Shown here: positions 1-10,535 of the stretch, in pieces
Layout: each line of letters starts with the position of its first letter
Numbering within the stretch: position 1 is the stretch's first letter
Made by a program: the position numbers and the translations under genes
The notes under the pieces: model-generated
What the model saw: the letters and a program-made list of their open reading frames with translations, nothing else
What the model was told of the DNA's origin: nothing
Database searches by the model: none
Origin: Octopus bimaculoides
Taxonomy: Eukaryota
Direction: 5' to 3'
Assembly: GCF_001194135.2 (NCBI RefSeq)
Contig: NC_068985.1
Span: forward strand, 109,078,200 to 109,110,965
Length of the DNA stretch: 32,766 nucleotides

Positions 1-207
1 ATATATATATATATATATATATATAAATTCACACACACATATGTGTGTACGTATGTCTAAGCATATGTATAAATATCTTTTTTTTTTATCACACGCGTCT
101 GACCAATTCCTGTCATGTATTTCAATGCTTTCATGTATTTTCTTGGCTGATCTACGTGATGCCTGTTTGGTGTGTTACATATGAATGCTGTGGGTATAAC
201 TGATTAC

Positions 208-315
208 CTGTTCACCCATGAAAAATTTATTGCCACTGGAGCGCATTTCTAGCGCTTTTTCCATATATGGAAGAATTCGTCTGCAAGTTGACTGGAATCG
301 CAAATATTGTTCTGA
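208..315 (-). CDS. S-crystallin exon 5 (108 nt); final exon lies outside the window
   Basis: Acceptor TTTATTTTTCCAG; [36 protein letters not shown]; donor GTAATC; phase 0-0. Matches the S-crystallin TCRRILP...FFMG[DE]Q segment. No terminal exon seen in 1-207. Confidence 0.95.
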
Positions 316-834
316 CTGGAAAAATAAAAAATAGAAACATTTGTGTTATATTTTTATTCATAATTTACATTTGGTATTGTTTTCGATATTAATATTAATT
401 GGAAGAAATATGTAGTCATATGAAATATATCCTGAAAAGAACATACTGATATTTACAACATCAATAAAATACGGTCATTAATAACGATAATAACCCATTG
501 TACTGGCTTGAAACTTGGTGAGAAGGGATAGTGTCTTTTTGTCACCACTCTTTCTATGTCTTTCTGTCTGTCTGTCTCCCTTAATCACTTGCTTCACTAC
601 TTATAACATCGTAAAACTCTTCAGCCGAAATCAGAACTTCATAGACCAACTCAAACAGTAAGCTAGACTTTCATTCGATTCAGATTAATTTAAAACACCT
701 TTCCTTTCTTCTTGCTTAAAGATTAAATTCCTAAAATTTACACATTTACCATTTCATAGTCATATGAAAATTAGCAATCTGAAACATCCTCACTGCTAGA
801 ATGCTGAACGCATATGTTGAAAACACATGTATTT

Positions 835-888
<54 letters not shown>

Positions 889-916
889 NNNNNNNNNNNN
901 NNNNNNNNNNNNNNNN
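889..916. other. Assembly gap (other gaps: 3855-4117, 8920-9023, 14570-14722, 20997-21420, 24830-24897)
   Basis: N runs, each bordered by dinucleotide microsatellite, typical of a short-read scaffold. Confidence 0.99.
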
Positions 917-1489
917 CTTGCTTCACTACTTATAACATCGTAAAACTCTTCAGCCGAAATCAGAACTTCATAGACCAACTCAAACAGTAAGCTAGTTTTT
1001 CGTTAGATTTAGATTAACGATTCTCCTTCCTTCTTTCTTTGGTTGAATCTTAAATTTAAAGGTCAGCAATGAGGAACGCTGTGGTAAGCCCCTTATCTCG
1101 GCGGTAATGCGCCCGCCCTACCCACCCCCTTTACCATCATCCCTGGTGTCCAATATTGACCGACCTCACATACGTGTTTACAACCACTCCTAAGCAATCT
1201 TCCTACTCTCTGTCAGTTGAATGTATCATACTGAACTTGTGTTAAATAGCTTCCTCCCCTCCCTAGTTGATCTTCCTTTTCTTTTCCTAATATCTATTCC
1301 CCCCTCTCTCTCTCTCTCTCTCTGTAGTACTTTTTTAGTATTTGTCAATGCCGGGATGGTGAGCGCCCATCACTTATAAATACCCCAATAGTCTGCACAA
1401 GAACTATCCTTTGACAATCAAGCCCGACTCCTTTATTAAATCAACAAGAGAAGAGTGGGAAATGGTGAGTATCTGGCACCTTCAAGTAA

Positions 1490-1790
1490 CCAGTGCTCCC
1501 GGTAGGCTGTACATGTAAGCCTTGGAAAGCAAGCAGCCTAGGAGAAAGAACACTTCGAACCCAGGGGAGCAAGGCCCCTGTCGCCTTGGTGGACTAACTT
1601 GATAGAGATGGTGTCTCGATAAAAATATCGATTGGTAGTAACCTGAGAATACACCTCATACCAAGAAAAATAGATGACGACAACGGTGTGAACGAGACTG
1701 GAACCAATGGGGAAGGGTGGGCCCGGCAGTAATCCAGCAATTGCTAGCCACGCTACAAGACATAAATGGAGTCAACAAATAAACATTCTT
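1490..1790 (+). mobile_element. R4/Dong-like non-LTR retrotransposon, decayed 5' fragment
   Basis: Peptide blocks DNGVNETGTNGEG and NPAIASHATRHKWSQQINI are homologous to DNGMTLTGANDEG and NPIAASHTVREEWSNQLN at 17978-18120. Confidence 0.55.
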
Positions 1791-2491
1791 CAAATTATTT
1801 TTAAGGCACCATTTCTCTCGGTGCCTTCAGCATCTCTAAATGGACCTTGTAGAAATTGGTTAATCCTTCCTTAGAAAAAAAATTCTTCAAACCCTATGAA
1901 TTACATGTATCCCACAACTTATTTTTACCATACCTACTATTCATGTATACTTTACATCGGTTGTATGATTGACATATTTGAAAAGAAGGGGTCATTGATC
2001 GATTTTTATAAAGGATTTAGGCAACATTGAAATCGACTATAAAAGCCTCACCAGCATATATACGCAGACTGAAATATCTGTAAGGTTCAGACACTGGACG
2101 ATTGAACGAAAGAGTTTAATAGCTCTGTTGTTTATCCGATACCGGTAATGCCTACCTCGGCAGGAGAGCAGTGATTTCTGGCTGGTGCCAATGGAACTTA
2201 ATCTCTGAAATAGACTACTTAACAGAATATTGTCGATATTCGACACTTCCCGAGAATCTTGTTGCGTCTACCATCCACCAACACTATAGCATGCTACTGT
2301 GGACATTCCATAAAATAAATTGACCAACTGTTATGTTAGTAACCTGTGAGTGTTCGACACGATTTCATATTCCAGACACTCAATCATAGAAGTACCTTCA
2401 TTAGAGAAACTAGTTGGGAAATATGCTTCGAAAAGAACGACCACTATCTCATAAACTTAAAATATTATAAACAGAAATGTTTCATACTTAC

Positions 2492-2524
2492 AGTTCCATT
2501 AGACATGACACCAAACTGTTCAAA
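2492..2524 (-). CDS. S-crystallin exon 4, 33-nt variable-loop microexon
   Basis: Strong acceptor CTCTGTTTTTCAG and consensus donor GTAAGT flank FEQFGVMSNGT; phase 0-0. Fills exactly the position of the long-loop insert between GRMR and SEQYLRFQ. Confidence 0.85.
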
Positions 2525-3149
2525 CTGAAAAACAGAGGTTATAATTTTATACATACATACATACAAAAACATGCATATAAATATACACAGCATGCAAACT
2601 ATGGAACAGAGAATAACAGTCACGTAGTAAGAGATTAGCTATTCGGTGAAGCGTCCGATCAAAAGTTGGAGAAAGGAGAACAAAAATGGAGGAATAATTA
2701 GAAACCTACAGTTCTCATAATCAGGCAATCGATGTTCATTTGTTCCTATTATAGTAGGGACACAACATAATAACAACAGATTTACACAAGCGGCTGGAAA
2801 TATTGGGACATTCTAAATACAAACAGAGGAACCCGAGTCGTTTAGTCAGCAGTAATCTGGAGAATACGGATAACCAGCATCATGTGATTTTCATAAGACG
2901 TGTGAAATTTCATAACCACTGATATTATGAATGATTAATTTCATTTATATAATTTCAGTTTAATTTTTACTTTATTTCAGCATGGCTGAATCGTCTCATT
3001 CAAGTATGCGAAATTGGTAACTTAGTTATGTAAAAACGTAAATACGTCTTCACTTTTTCCCCTATGAATTTTACAAATGATTTTCTTTTTGCTTTTTTTA
3101 AACATAAATTTACTAGTGTGAAACGCCTTAATGTCTACAACATACATAT

Positions 3150-3200
<51 letters not shown>

Positions 3201-3255
3201 AAATAATTAATAAAGGCAGCACTAAGCAAAGGGTACTATCGTTAAATATGACCGA

Positions 3256-3820
3256 GGGCGTTAAAAAAGATCTACATTACTAGAGATAACAGCTGAACGC
3301 TCTAATGCTGCAGTCAAAGCTGACCGATCAGTCTGAGAATATTTCAACAGCTGCTTTTCGGGTGATTACAGTCACTGTCAGCATATATGCATACTATTAT
3401 GTTCTCTGACTGCTGCATTAGGGCGTTGGGCTCTTTCTTTTAACAATGTAGGTGTTTCTAAAACCCGCAATCATATTTAATGTCGATTATAGTTTTCATT
3501 TTTGGTACATATTATTTACTGTTGCCTTTATTAATTATTTGTATACACATTAGCGATTCGCTAAATCATCCATTAATTTCAGTGGCGTAGACATATGTGG
3601 TGGTAATGATCATCGTGAGCGAACAGTGGAGTCGGGCAGATCTCACTGAAGAGGCTACGGCATAAAGGCCGAAACTGACCGATCAGTTTGGGAACATCTC
3701 GACCACTGCTTTTCAGGAGGTTACGGTCCCGGTCATCTTGTATGTATACGATTATGTGCTTTGACTGCAGCATCAGAACATTTAGCTCTTATTTCTAGCA
3801 ATGTAGGTATTTCTAACACA
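3256..3820 (+). mobile_element. Hammerhead-bearing tandem repeat (retrozyme- or Penelope pLTR-like) with inverted partial copy
   Basis: 3320-3461 and 3675-3816 align without gaps at offset 355 (110/142 identical, hand count). The reverse complement of 3271-3320 matches 3758-3807 at 42/50. Confidence 0.7.
3624..3708 (+). ncRNA. Type I hammerhead ribozyme
   Basis: Core CUGAAGA 3646-3652; stem II GGCU/GGCC; GAAA 3671-3674; stem III ACUGA/UCAGU with CCGA loop; GUU triplet 3686-3688; bulged stem I extending to CAGUGG/CCACUG. Folded by eye. Confidence 0.85.
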
Positions 3821-3821
3821 C

Positions 3822-3854
<33 letters not shown>

Positions 3855-4690
3855 NNNNNNNNNNNNNNNNNNNNNNNNNNNNNNNNNNNNNNNNNNNNNN
3901 NNNNNNNNNNNNNNNNNNNNNNNNNNNNNNNNNNNNNNNNNNNNNNNNNNNNNNNNNNNNNNNNNNNNNNNNNNNNNNNNNNNNNNNNNNNNNNNNNNNN
4001 NNNNNNNNNNNNNNNNNNNNNNNNNNNNNNNNNNNNNNNNNNNNNNNNNNNNNNNNNNNNNNNNNNNNNNNNNNNNNNNNNNNNNNNNNNNNNNNNNNNN
4101 NNNNNNNNNNNNNNNNNTATGTATATGTATATATATATATATGTATGTATGTATGTATATATATTGGAAAAGTAATATACGTTCACACTTTCAAAACGAG
4201 CTCAACGGTAACAACGAAAAATACTCCAATATTCTTAAAATATAATTAGCAAAAAGGTACATTTATGATATAGTAGAAAAATAAGTTCACAGTTTTTTTT
4301 TAATTTGCAGAGAAGGTAAAGTTTCCTTTGTTTGTTTATAACCGAGAATGATATAGTATCTGTTTATTTTGAATATTAACATAACAAAAGCAGTTAGACA
4401 TTTGCAGACGAGAAACATAACTTGGATCTAGGCTGTTATAAACAGAAATTTGTTATTTATTCATGTAAATACTAAATAGAACATGCTCTTGAAAAAAAAT
4501 ATCAGGAACTAGTCGCTTTTAGCATATTAAGTAAAAAGAAACCAGCATATTTAGGAAAAAGATTAAACAAGAAAGTGAATAGAGAAAGAGACGTAGTAAT
4601 TTTGTTGCTAGCTGATGTGTTTCTATATAAAAACGAGAGAAGGATTGTATGTTCTCTGAACTGGTCAATGGCGTAATAGTTTTGTATATA

Positions 4691-4902
4691 CATGGTTGGC
4701 CAAAAGTCATTTGACAATAAGTCAGAATCATTCAATTCCAAGATTAAAATTTAAGAAATAAATAAATAAACAAATGTTGAAAAAAAAAACCCCAAAACAG
4801 TATTCAATCATTAAGCATTCATAATTAAAACGAATAAATAAAATTGAATATAAGTATTCATGGAATTTTGATTTACTGGCGGGTGACTATTGGCCAACCC
4901 TG
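4691..4902. mobile_element. Tc1/mariner-type MITE (212 bp)
   Basis: 19-bp TIRs CATGGTTGGCCAAAAGTCA (4691-4709) and TGACTATTGGCCAACCCTG (4884-4902), 17/19 complementary, flanked by TA on both sides. Confidence 0.75.
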
Positions 4903-5399
4903 TATGATAGCATACAATGAAGAAACACAATGGTTTGGGCAAGTAAAGAAACATCAATTTTTCCTGGAAGACAAGAAGTTTTTCTTACGTTTCTGGATGT
5001 TCCACTAAAAGTAATCTCTCAGAGGCGATTTTCAGGGATAAGAGAAATCGAATCTTGAAAATTTGAGATTGATCTACAGGTATTTATTGCAGTAGTTCTT
5101 AAGAGAACTAAAAGCTCAAATTATATCGTGCGAAACTTTTTACAGCACAGAGAAAGAGTGATAACATAGTAGATTGTGGTGTTTCAATTCTCTCAAGTAA
5201 TTCAAGGAAAATTCATTATCTTATTAACATTATTTGAAAAGGAAGCTCGAGAAAGACAACATAAACATGTGTATTGTGTGACTATTCTTCATCAGTGAGA
5301 AATTGTGGCAGCAAACGTGCCTTGTAAAATATATAACGAAACAGTGACGATAATATTTTAAATATTGTTCAGTATGTGGATATCATATGAAATAGAAAA

Positions 5400-5487
5400 C
5401 CCAAGGTGTTACACAGTACGACTGAACCCGGAACTATGTGATTGAGATGCAAACTTCTTACCATAAAGCCGTAGCCCTGCGCCTACG
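5400..5487 (-). mobile_element. tRNA-derived SINE (local family A), head only
   Basis: The reverse complement resembles the head at 7191-7260 (GGTAAGAAG...GTTCCGGGTTCAGTC...CACCTTGGG). Confidence 0.6.
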
Positions 5488-5729
5488 AATGTGCAAACAA
5501 TACGCAAAAAAGAAATAACGTTTTTCATTCTTATAAAGAGATTTCAACCATATTTACATATATCTAGGTATATTTCAAGTGAAGCACGAAAATTGACCTG
5601 CCGATTCTGTTGAACACACGGCGACTTGTTACTCTCTCACGAATTACAATGATTCTAGGAAAGCTGTCGTTAGATGACAGTTCAAATTACGAACTGTATT
5701 TCATACGGTTTTGACTGATTAAGTGGAAT

Positions 5730-5903
5730 TCTGGAGTAACGTTACTTGACAAGGTGCGTAACTCGGAGATCAGGGAATTTTTCCAGGTCGAGTCACTAAT
5801 TCTCCGCGTTGAGAGGTCATTAGGACATAGGGTCAGAATGTCGTGGGAAAGAATTGCGAAACGGATTCTTCAAACCAAACCATCAAGCAGGAAACCTAGG
5901 TAA
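5730..5903 (+). mobile_element. RTE-like LINE 3' ORF remnant
   Basis: SGVTLLDKVRNSEIREFFQVESLILRVERS-LGHRVRMSWERIAKRILQTKPSSRKPR* resembles the RTE C-terminus (xxDxxRNxxIR...WxGHxxRM...KRxRGRP). Confidence 0.7.
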
Positions 5904-5930
5904 ATTAGGTAAAGTTATCTTCTCGAGTCT

Positions 5931-6150
5931 TGCCGACTCTTAAGGGCCGGCTTTCCGGTTTCCATGACGTATGAATTTCCACCCTCGAGAAAACGCCGAT
6001 CCGTCGCAGGATTACTGATTGCTGCCAGCAGAGTTGACTGGAGCAATGCGAAAGGAAGTATTTTGCTCAAGAGCACAAGACGCCGCTCGGTGAAACCACA
6101 ATCGTACGATCATGAGTCCAACTTCCTAACCACTAAACCACGCGCCTCCA
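5931..6150 (-). mobile_element. tRNA-derived SINE (local family C)
   Basis: Head GGAGGCGCGTGGTTTAGTGGTTAG (A box) followed by a CTTGAGCAAAATACTT central motif; shares sequence with 31200-31500. Confidence 0.7.
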
Positions 6151-6328
6151 CAGGAAACGTAGGAGTAAACCAAGAAAGAGCTGATTCGATAATATTCATA
6201 GCCTCAGTTGGTAACGCATGGGAATTCAACTACTGATGGATTTCAACTAATAATGGTGGCTTCGGAGTCTACATTCATGAACCCCCCAGAATGGATGAAT
6301 ACATGAATACATTAAAGGATTAACAAAC

Positions 6329-6444
6329 CCTCATTCTGCCATGCTCATCGTGGTACATCCTAAGGTAGTCATCGAGGATATCGTAGAAACAGTCCGATAT
6401 ATAATCCACTCGAAGTTTCTCCATATTTGTGTTACCATGGAAAC
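6329..6444 (-). CDS. S-crystallin exon 3 (116 nt)
   Basis: Acceptor GTCTCTATAG; (G)[38 protein letters not shown]; donor GTTTGT; phase 1-0. Typical S-crystallin helix 4 sequence. Confidence 0.95.
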
Positions 6445-6899
6445 CTATAGAGACAAATATTTTGAGAGAGGAAAGAATAGATAAAGAAATGTTCAAATTA
6501 ATTTAGTCCAGCACTTGGCATTGTAACATGCAAGTTAAAAAATACGTGTGTGTATGTACATGCATGAATATATATGTGTTTTGTACATCTTTCCCTTTTT
6601 TTTCTCTTTTTCCTTCTTCCTTTCCCTTTTCTTCTCATCTTTCAATCATGCCCGATTACAAACCTTTCCTCCTGCACCTTCACCACCGCCTAAAAAAAAA
6701 CCTTTCCACACTTCCTTTCCGCTACTTTCAACCTTCTATTAAACTTTCCTTACTAACTTTCAAAAAAACACGCTTCTAGAGCCATGTTTCTTTTCTCAGT
6801 CGCTGCCGTGTCCTTGCCCCGCACAGGGGCCATTGAGACTCCCGTCTTCGCCGTGAACAAGAATTAATCTTCTCTCTTCGCTCGTTTGCGTCACGTGAG

Positions 6900-7190
6900 C
6901 TCAACTCTCCACCCCTTTTCATCTAACCCACTCCTCTCTCCTCTCTTCTCACACCTACTTCCTACCTTCACTCTCACCCACCTCTCCTCTCCTCTCTTGC
7001 TCTGACACCTACTTCCTCTCTCACTCCTACCCACCTTCTCCACTCCACTCTCTCCCTTCATCGTCACTCCCACCATCGTTACCCTACTCCTACACATTTC
7101 AACCCCACCATCCCTATATATTCCATCGCACCCCACCCCATCCTATACATTCCACTCCATCCTACTCCATCCTACTCCATCCTACTCCAT
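6900..7190. repeat. Degenerate C/T-rich low-complexity tandem repeats
   Basis: Repeated CTCCTCTC, CACCTACTTCC and CCATCCTACT units. Confidence 0.8.
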
Positions 7191-7345
7191 GTGAGGTTAG
7201 AAGCTTGCTTTCAAATCATATGGTTCCAAGTTCCGTCCCACTGCATTGCACCTTGGGAAAGTGTGTTCTACTATAGCCTCGAGCCGACCAAAACCATTAT
7301 GAGAGGATTTGGTAGACGGAAATTGAAAGAAGCCCGTCGTACTTA
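7191..7345 (+). mobile_element. tRNA-derived SINE (family A), 5' half
   Basis: CACCTTGGGAAAGTGT...ACTATAGCCTCGAGCCGACCAAA...GATTTGGTAGACGGAAATTGAAAGAAGCCCGTCGTA is near-identical to 22766-22860. Confidence 0.8.
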
Positions 7346-7859
7346 TATGTGTGTTTGTATGAGTGTGCGTGTGTGTATACCTATCTGCCTACATACATGC
7401 ATACATATACATACATATACATAGTAATAAAAATGAAACGGCTGGGTAATGTGGTCCTATACCTGTTTCAATAGCAAAATTATGTTATTATCAACACATT
7501 GTTTCATGGAACTTAGCACCCAATAATGTAATATAATATGTTAATGCAATAACGCGGTTACATAACATTGCTACTTCATCACGTAATACACCATAAGAGA
7601 TTTATTTGACCATATAAACATAAATTACACTATCTTATATAATCTCAGGTGCAACTGAAACATGTAATAGTACCCAAATAATTCATTCATTTCATCATTA
7701 TTGTCTATTAAAAGTTCAAATGATTCATTAGATGCTTTTCGATTTGGAGAATACCGCGCTAATATGATTGGTTTCTTTGGATAAGCTTTTCGAGATTTCT
7801 TCCTATCCAAAATAGTCTTCATCTATAAATCTTGATCCTTTTATATTCTCTTTCTCTAA

Positions 7860-7860
<1 letters not shown>

Positions 7861-7894
<34 letters not shown>

Positions 7895-7895
7895 A

Positions 7896-7935
<40 letters not shown>

Positions 7936-7956
7936 CATCCATCCATCTATCTATAA

Positions 7957-7998
<42 letters not shown>
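7861..7998. repeat. (ATCT)n/(ATCC)n followed by (AC)n microsatellite
   Basis: Read directly. Confidence 0.95.
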
Positions 7999-8010
<12 letters not shown>

Positions 8011-8140
8011 TTATGATAAATGCTCATGCATAGAAAAATGAAAATGTCCATTGATGAACCTCTGTATAAGTACAAATATTGTATATAAATGTTTCGTGCA
8101 CACAGGGAAAAGGTCGTATGTTTAGATTATGCAGACGGCT

Positions 8141-8330
8141 GATTCATTTAAGAATCGTTGTTGCAACCATGTCGCCAGCTTGAAGTGAACCAATAAGAGA
8201 CGTTCAACATCTTTGGCCGATTTTGTATGGCGACTGAAGGAAGATAAAATTAAGTACAACATAACTTGGTCCATAGTAAGGCACGACTCTGCTCCAAGGA
8301 ATCCCTGTCTATTCTGTGGACTAATGAGAA
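8141..8330 (+). mobile_element. Penelope-like GIY-YIG endonuclease C-terminal remnant
   Basis: DSFKNRCCNHVASLK*TNKRRSTSLADFVWRLKEDKIKYNITWSIVRH...PCLFC matches the PLE pattern FKxRxxNHxxSF...STxLSxYIWxLK...YxIxWSI...CxLC, with an in-frame stop. Confidence 0.7.
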
Positions 8331-9023
8331 GGTCGTTAATAGAATTTCTACACACATATAAATATGCTTTTGCACAATGGAGTGGGAACGAATTTGAGTA
8401 AATGTTAACATAATTTACTTTCACGTATAGATGACTTTAGCATTAGCCTTCCCATTCTTATACACACCGAGTAGCTATTTTCACTCTCTATATGATCGTG
8501 AGTGCACTAAACCATACGTGTGAGTATGCTTACATTTTCGCGGATGCTTCTATGTGCAAGTGTGCACGTGCCATGCAACTTGCGCGAGAGCATTTGTACA
8601 TTCATATCTGTTAAAGTTTATTTCTAATAATTTCCCTTTGTATTGTGTGTTCGTATCTTTTTTGCATGTGTGATTATATTTTCAATCGATATAAGCGAAG
8701 GTATTTCGTTTTGCTGCTCTTCTTTCTGCGAAATAAGATACGTTGCGGAACTGCTATTTTAACGAGTTGTATGTTTTCAACCACCGGATACTACTGAACC
8801 AGTCGTTCAGTGTCCCACCCGTGAGGGATCGATGCCAGATGTGTCGAAACACTTGTCGTGATGAATAATAAAAATTATCGTATATTGCATTTTCCGACTT
8901 TCATTTAGCATATATATATNNNNNNNNNNNNNNNNNNNNNNNNNNNNNNNNNNNNNNNNNNNNNNNNNNNNNNNNNNNNNNNNNNNNNNNNNNNNNNNNN
9001 NNNNNNNNNNNNNNNNNNNNNNN

Positions 9024-9071
<48 letters not shown>

Positions 9072-9109
9072 AGTGTGTGTATGTGTGTGTGTGCATGCGG
9101 GCGCGCGTC

Positions 9110-9305
9110 TTTGTTTGTTCCCTTGACAATCGATGCTTGTGTGTTTAATCCCTTGTGTGTTTAATTTGCTGTTCGGCATAGGATACTGATAAAATAGGTT
9201 CTAGGCCTGCAAAGAATAAACGCCGGTGTCGAGTTGTTTGTCTAAAGCTCCTTTAAGTCCGTGCTCCAGCATGACCGCAGTCAAATGACTAAAATATGTA
9301 AAATA
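9110..9305 (+). mobile_element. SINE family A, 3' half
   Basis: CTTGACAATCGATGCTTGTGTGTTTA...GTGCTCCAGCATGACCGCAGTCAAATGACT matches 22930-23100. Confidence 0.7.
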
Positions 9306-9441
9306 ATAAAAGTATAAAAAGTATTACATAACGTATTATGCAGCATATTTGTTTGCCATTTGCTAACAGAACGAACGACGACACAGATATTATCCTGTTT
9401 CGTTGAATTGAAAAAATAAAAATTTAAAATAATTACTTTAC

Positions 9442-9537
9442 CATATTCTGTTGCAAGAAATCTAGCCATAGCCATGCTTTGTGGAATTTTTGTTCCATCA
9501 TCAAATTCAAGAACTGGCATCATACTACACGGCATCA
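9442..9537 (-). CDS. S-crystallin exon 2 (96 nt)
   Basis: Acceptor CAATTTTTAG; (L)[31 protein letters not shown](G); donor GTAAAG; phase 1-1. Contains the GST/S-crystallin MPCxMMP and QSMA motifs. Confidence 0.96.
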
Positions 9538-9624
9538 CTAAAAATTGGAGTAAAATCAAAACATTTTAAAATGATTTCTGTTAGAATATTCAATAACATT
9601 TACTCAAGACACATTGAATGGAAG

Positions 9625-9790
9625 GTGACGATGATGATAACGATGATGATGATGATGTTATTGAAGACAATGATGATAATGAATATGCCAGTGACCACGA
9701 CGATGGCGATGATGATCCTGATGATGATGGTAACGATAATGATGATGATGAGGATGAGGATGATGATAATGATGATGATCATGATGAGTC
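9625..9790. repeat. (GAT)-rich degenerate microsatellite
   Basis: Read directly; explains the poly-M/D/I ORFs. Confidence 0.9.
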
Positions 9791-10535
9791 AACAGAAATG
9801 AAATTTCAAGTGTCATAATGAACGTGGAACCAGATTTGATATTTAACGAAAGATACTGAAAGATGCTGGTAGGTACTCAAGATTAAGCTCCAAACTATTA
9901 GTCCAGTAAACAAAGCTGTTCATTCCACCGTTCTACGAACAAATGGCGTCAATGTAATCAACTAGGAGAATGTATAGAGAACGTTGTAGAAAGCTGCAAA
10001 ATGTTTGCTCAGAATTACAAGTGACGTGATGGTTAGTGTTGTCTCAATTTACACAGAGCAATTTGCAATAAAAAAACCCCCCACAAAGCAATGGATATAG
10101 AAATTGATATAGAACCCTAAATCAATCCTTCATAAGACACTCAAATTTAAACAGACAGAACAACTATGCACCGTGGATCAGATATTATTATATGAGGCAC
10201 AAAAAATAGAATGCATCATTAAAAATGATACACTTCTTTCATATAAAATATTCTGCAGATAATGTACTTGAAAACAATTCAAACTATAAGAAAATGAAAT
10301 ATGAAGTGGTGATGCACAGCAGCTAAAGTATACGTTGTACCAGTTATCAAAGATTCATTGATTTATTCTGCTCCAAAATGTTATTATGTTGTGAGGTTGT
10401 GTTCCCCAAATCTGACCTTAATAGAATACTTTATATAATTATGTTTGTAGAAAGGCACATTGTGTCTAAGATATTGTTTAAAGTTGACAATATATATATA
10501 TATAGATGAAAAGCAAAACAAAGAAAAAGAAGATA

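Noticed and set aside
1490-1560. HDV-like ribozyme in the retroelement 5' UTR (TAGGCTG/CAGCCTA hairpin)
   Set aside because: Only one stem is visible; I could not assemble P1, P2, P3 and P1.1 by eye. A descriptor search would be needed.
2991-3026. Plus-strand microexon-like segment (TTTATTTCAG...GTAACT)
   Set aside because: No partner exons, no recognisable peptide, and it is antisense to the crystallin intron; probably chance.
4989-5015. Alternative exon 4 candidate ITFSGTSRN with GTAAGA donor
   Set aside because: The in-frame acceptor is a GAG with no pyrimidine tract, and the TTTTAG acceptor gives 16 nt, which shifts the frame. The exon at 2492-2524 fits far better.
7625-7822. 65-aa minus-strand ORF inside crystallin intron 2
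   Set aside because: No similarity to S-crystallin or any family I recognise, and exons 2 and 3 already join in frame.
9785-9791. AP-1 site TGAGTCA in intron 1
   Set aside because: A single 7-mer at the edge of a GAT microsatellite is expected by chance. No AP-1/ARE match was seen near the putative promoter.
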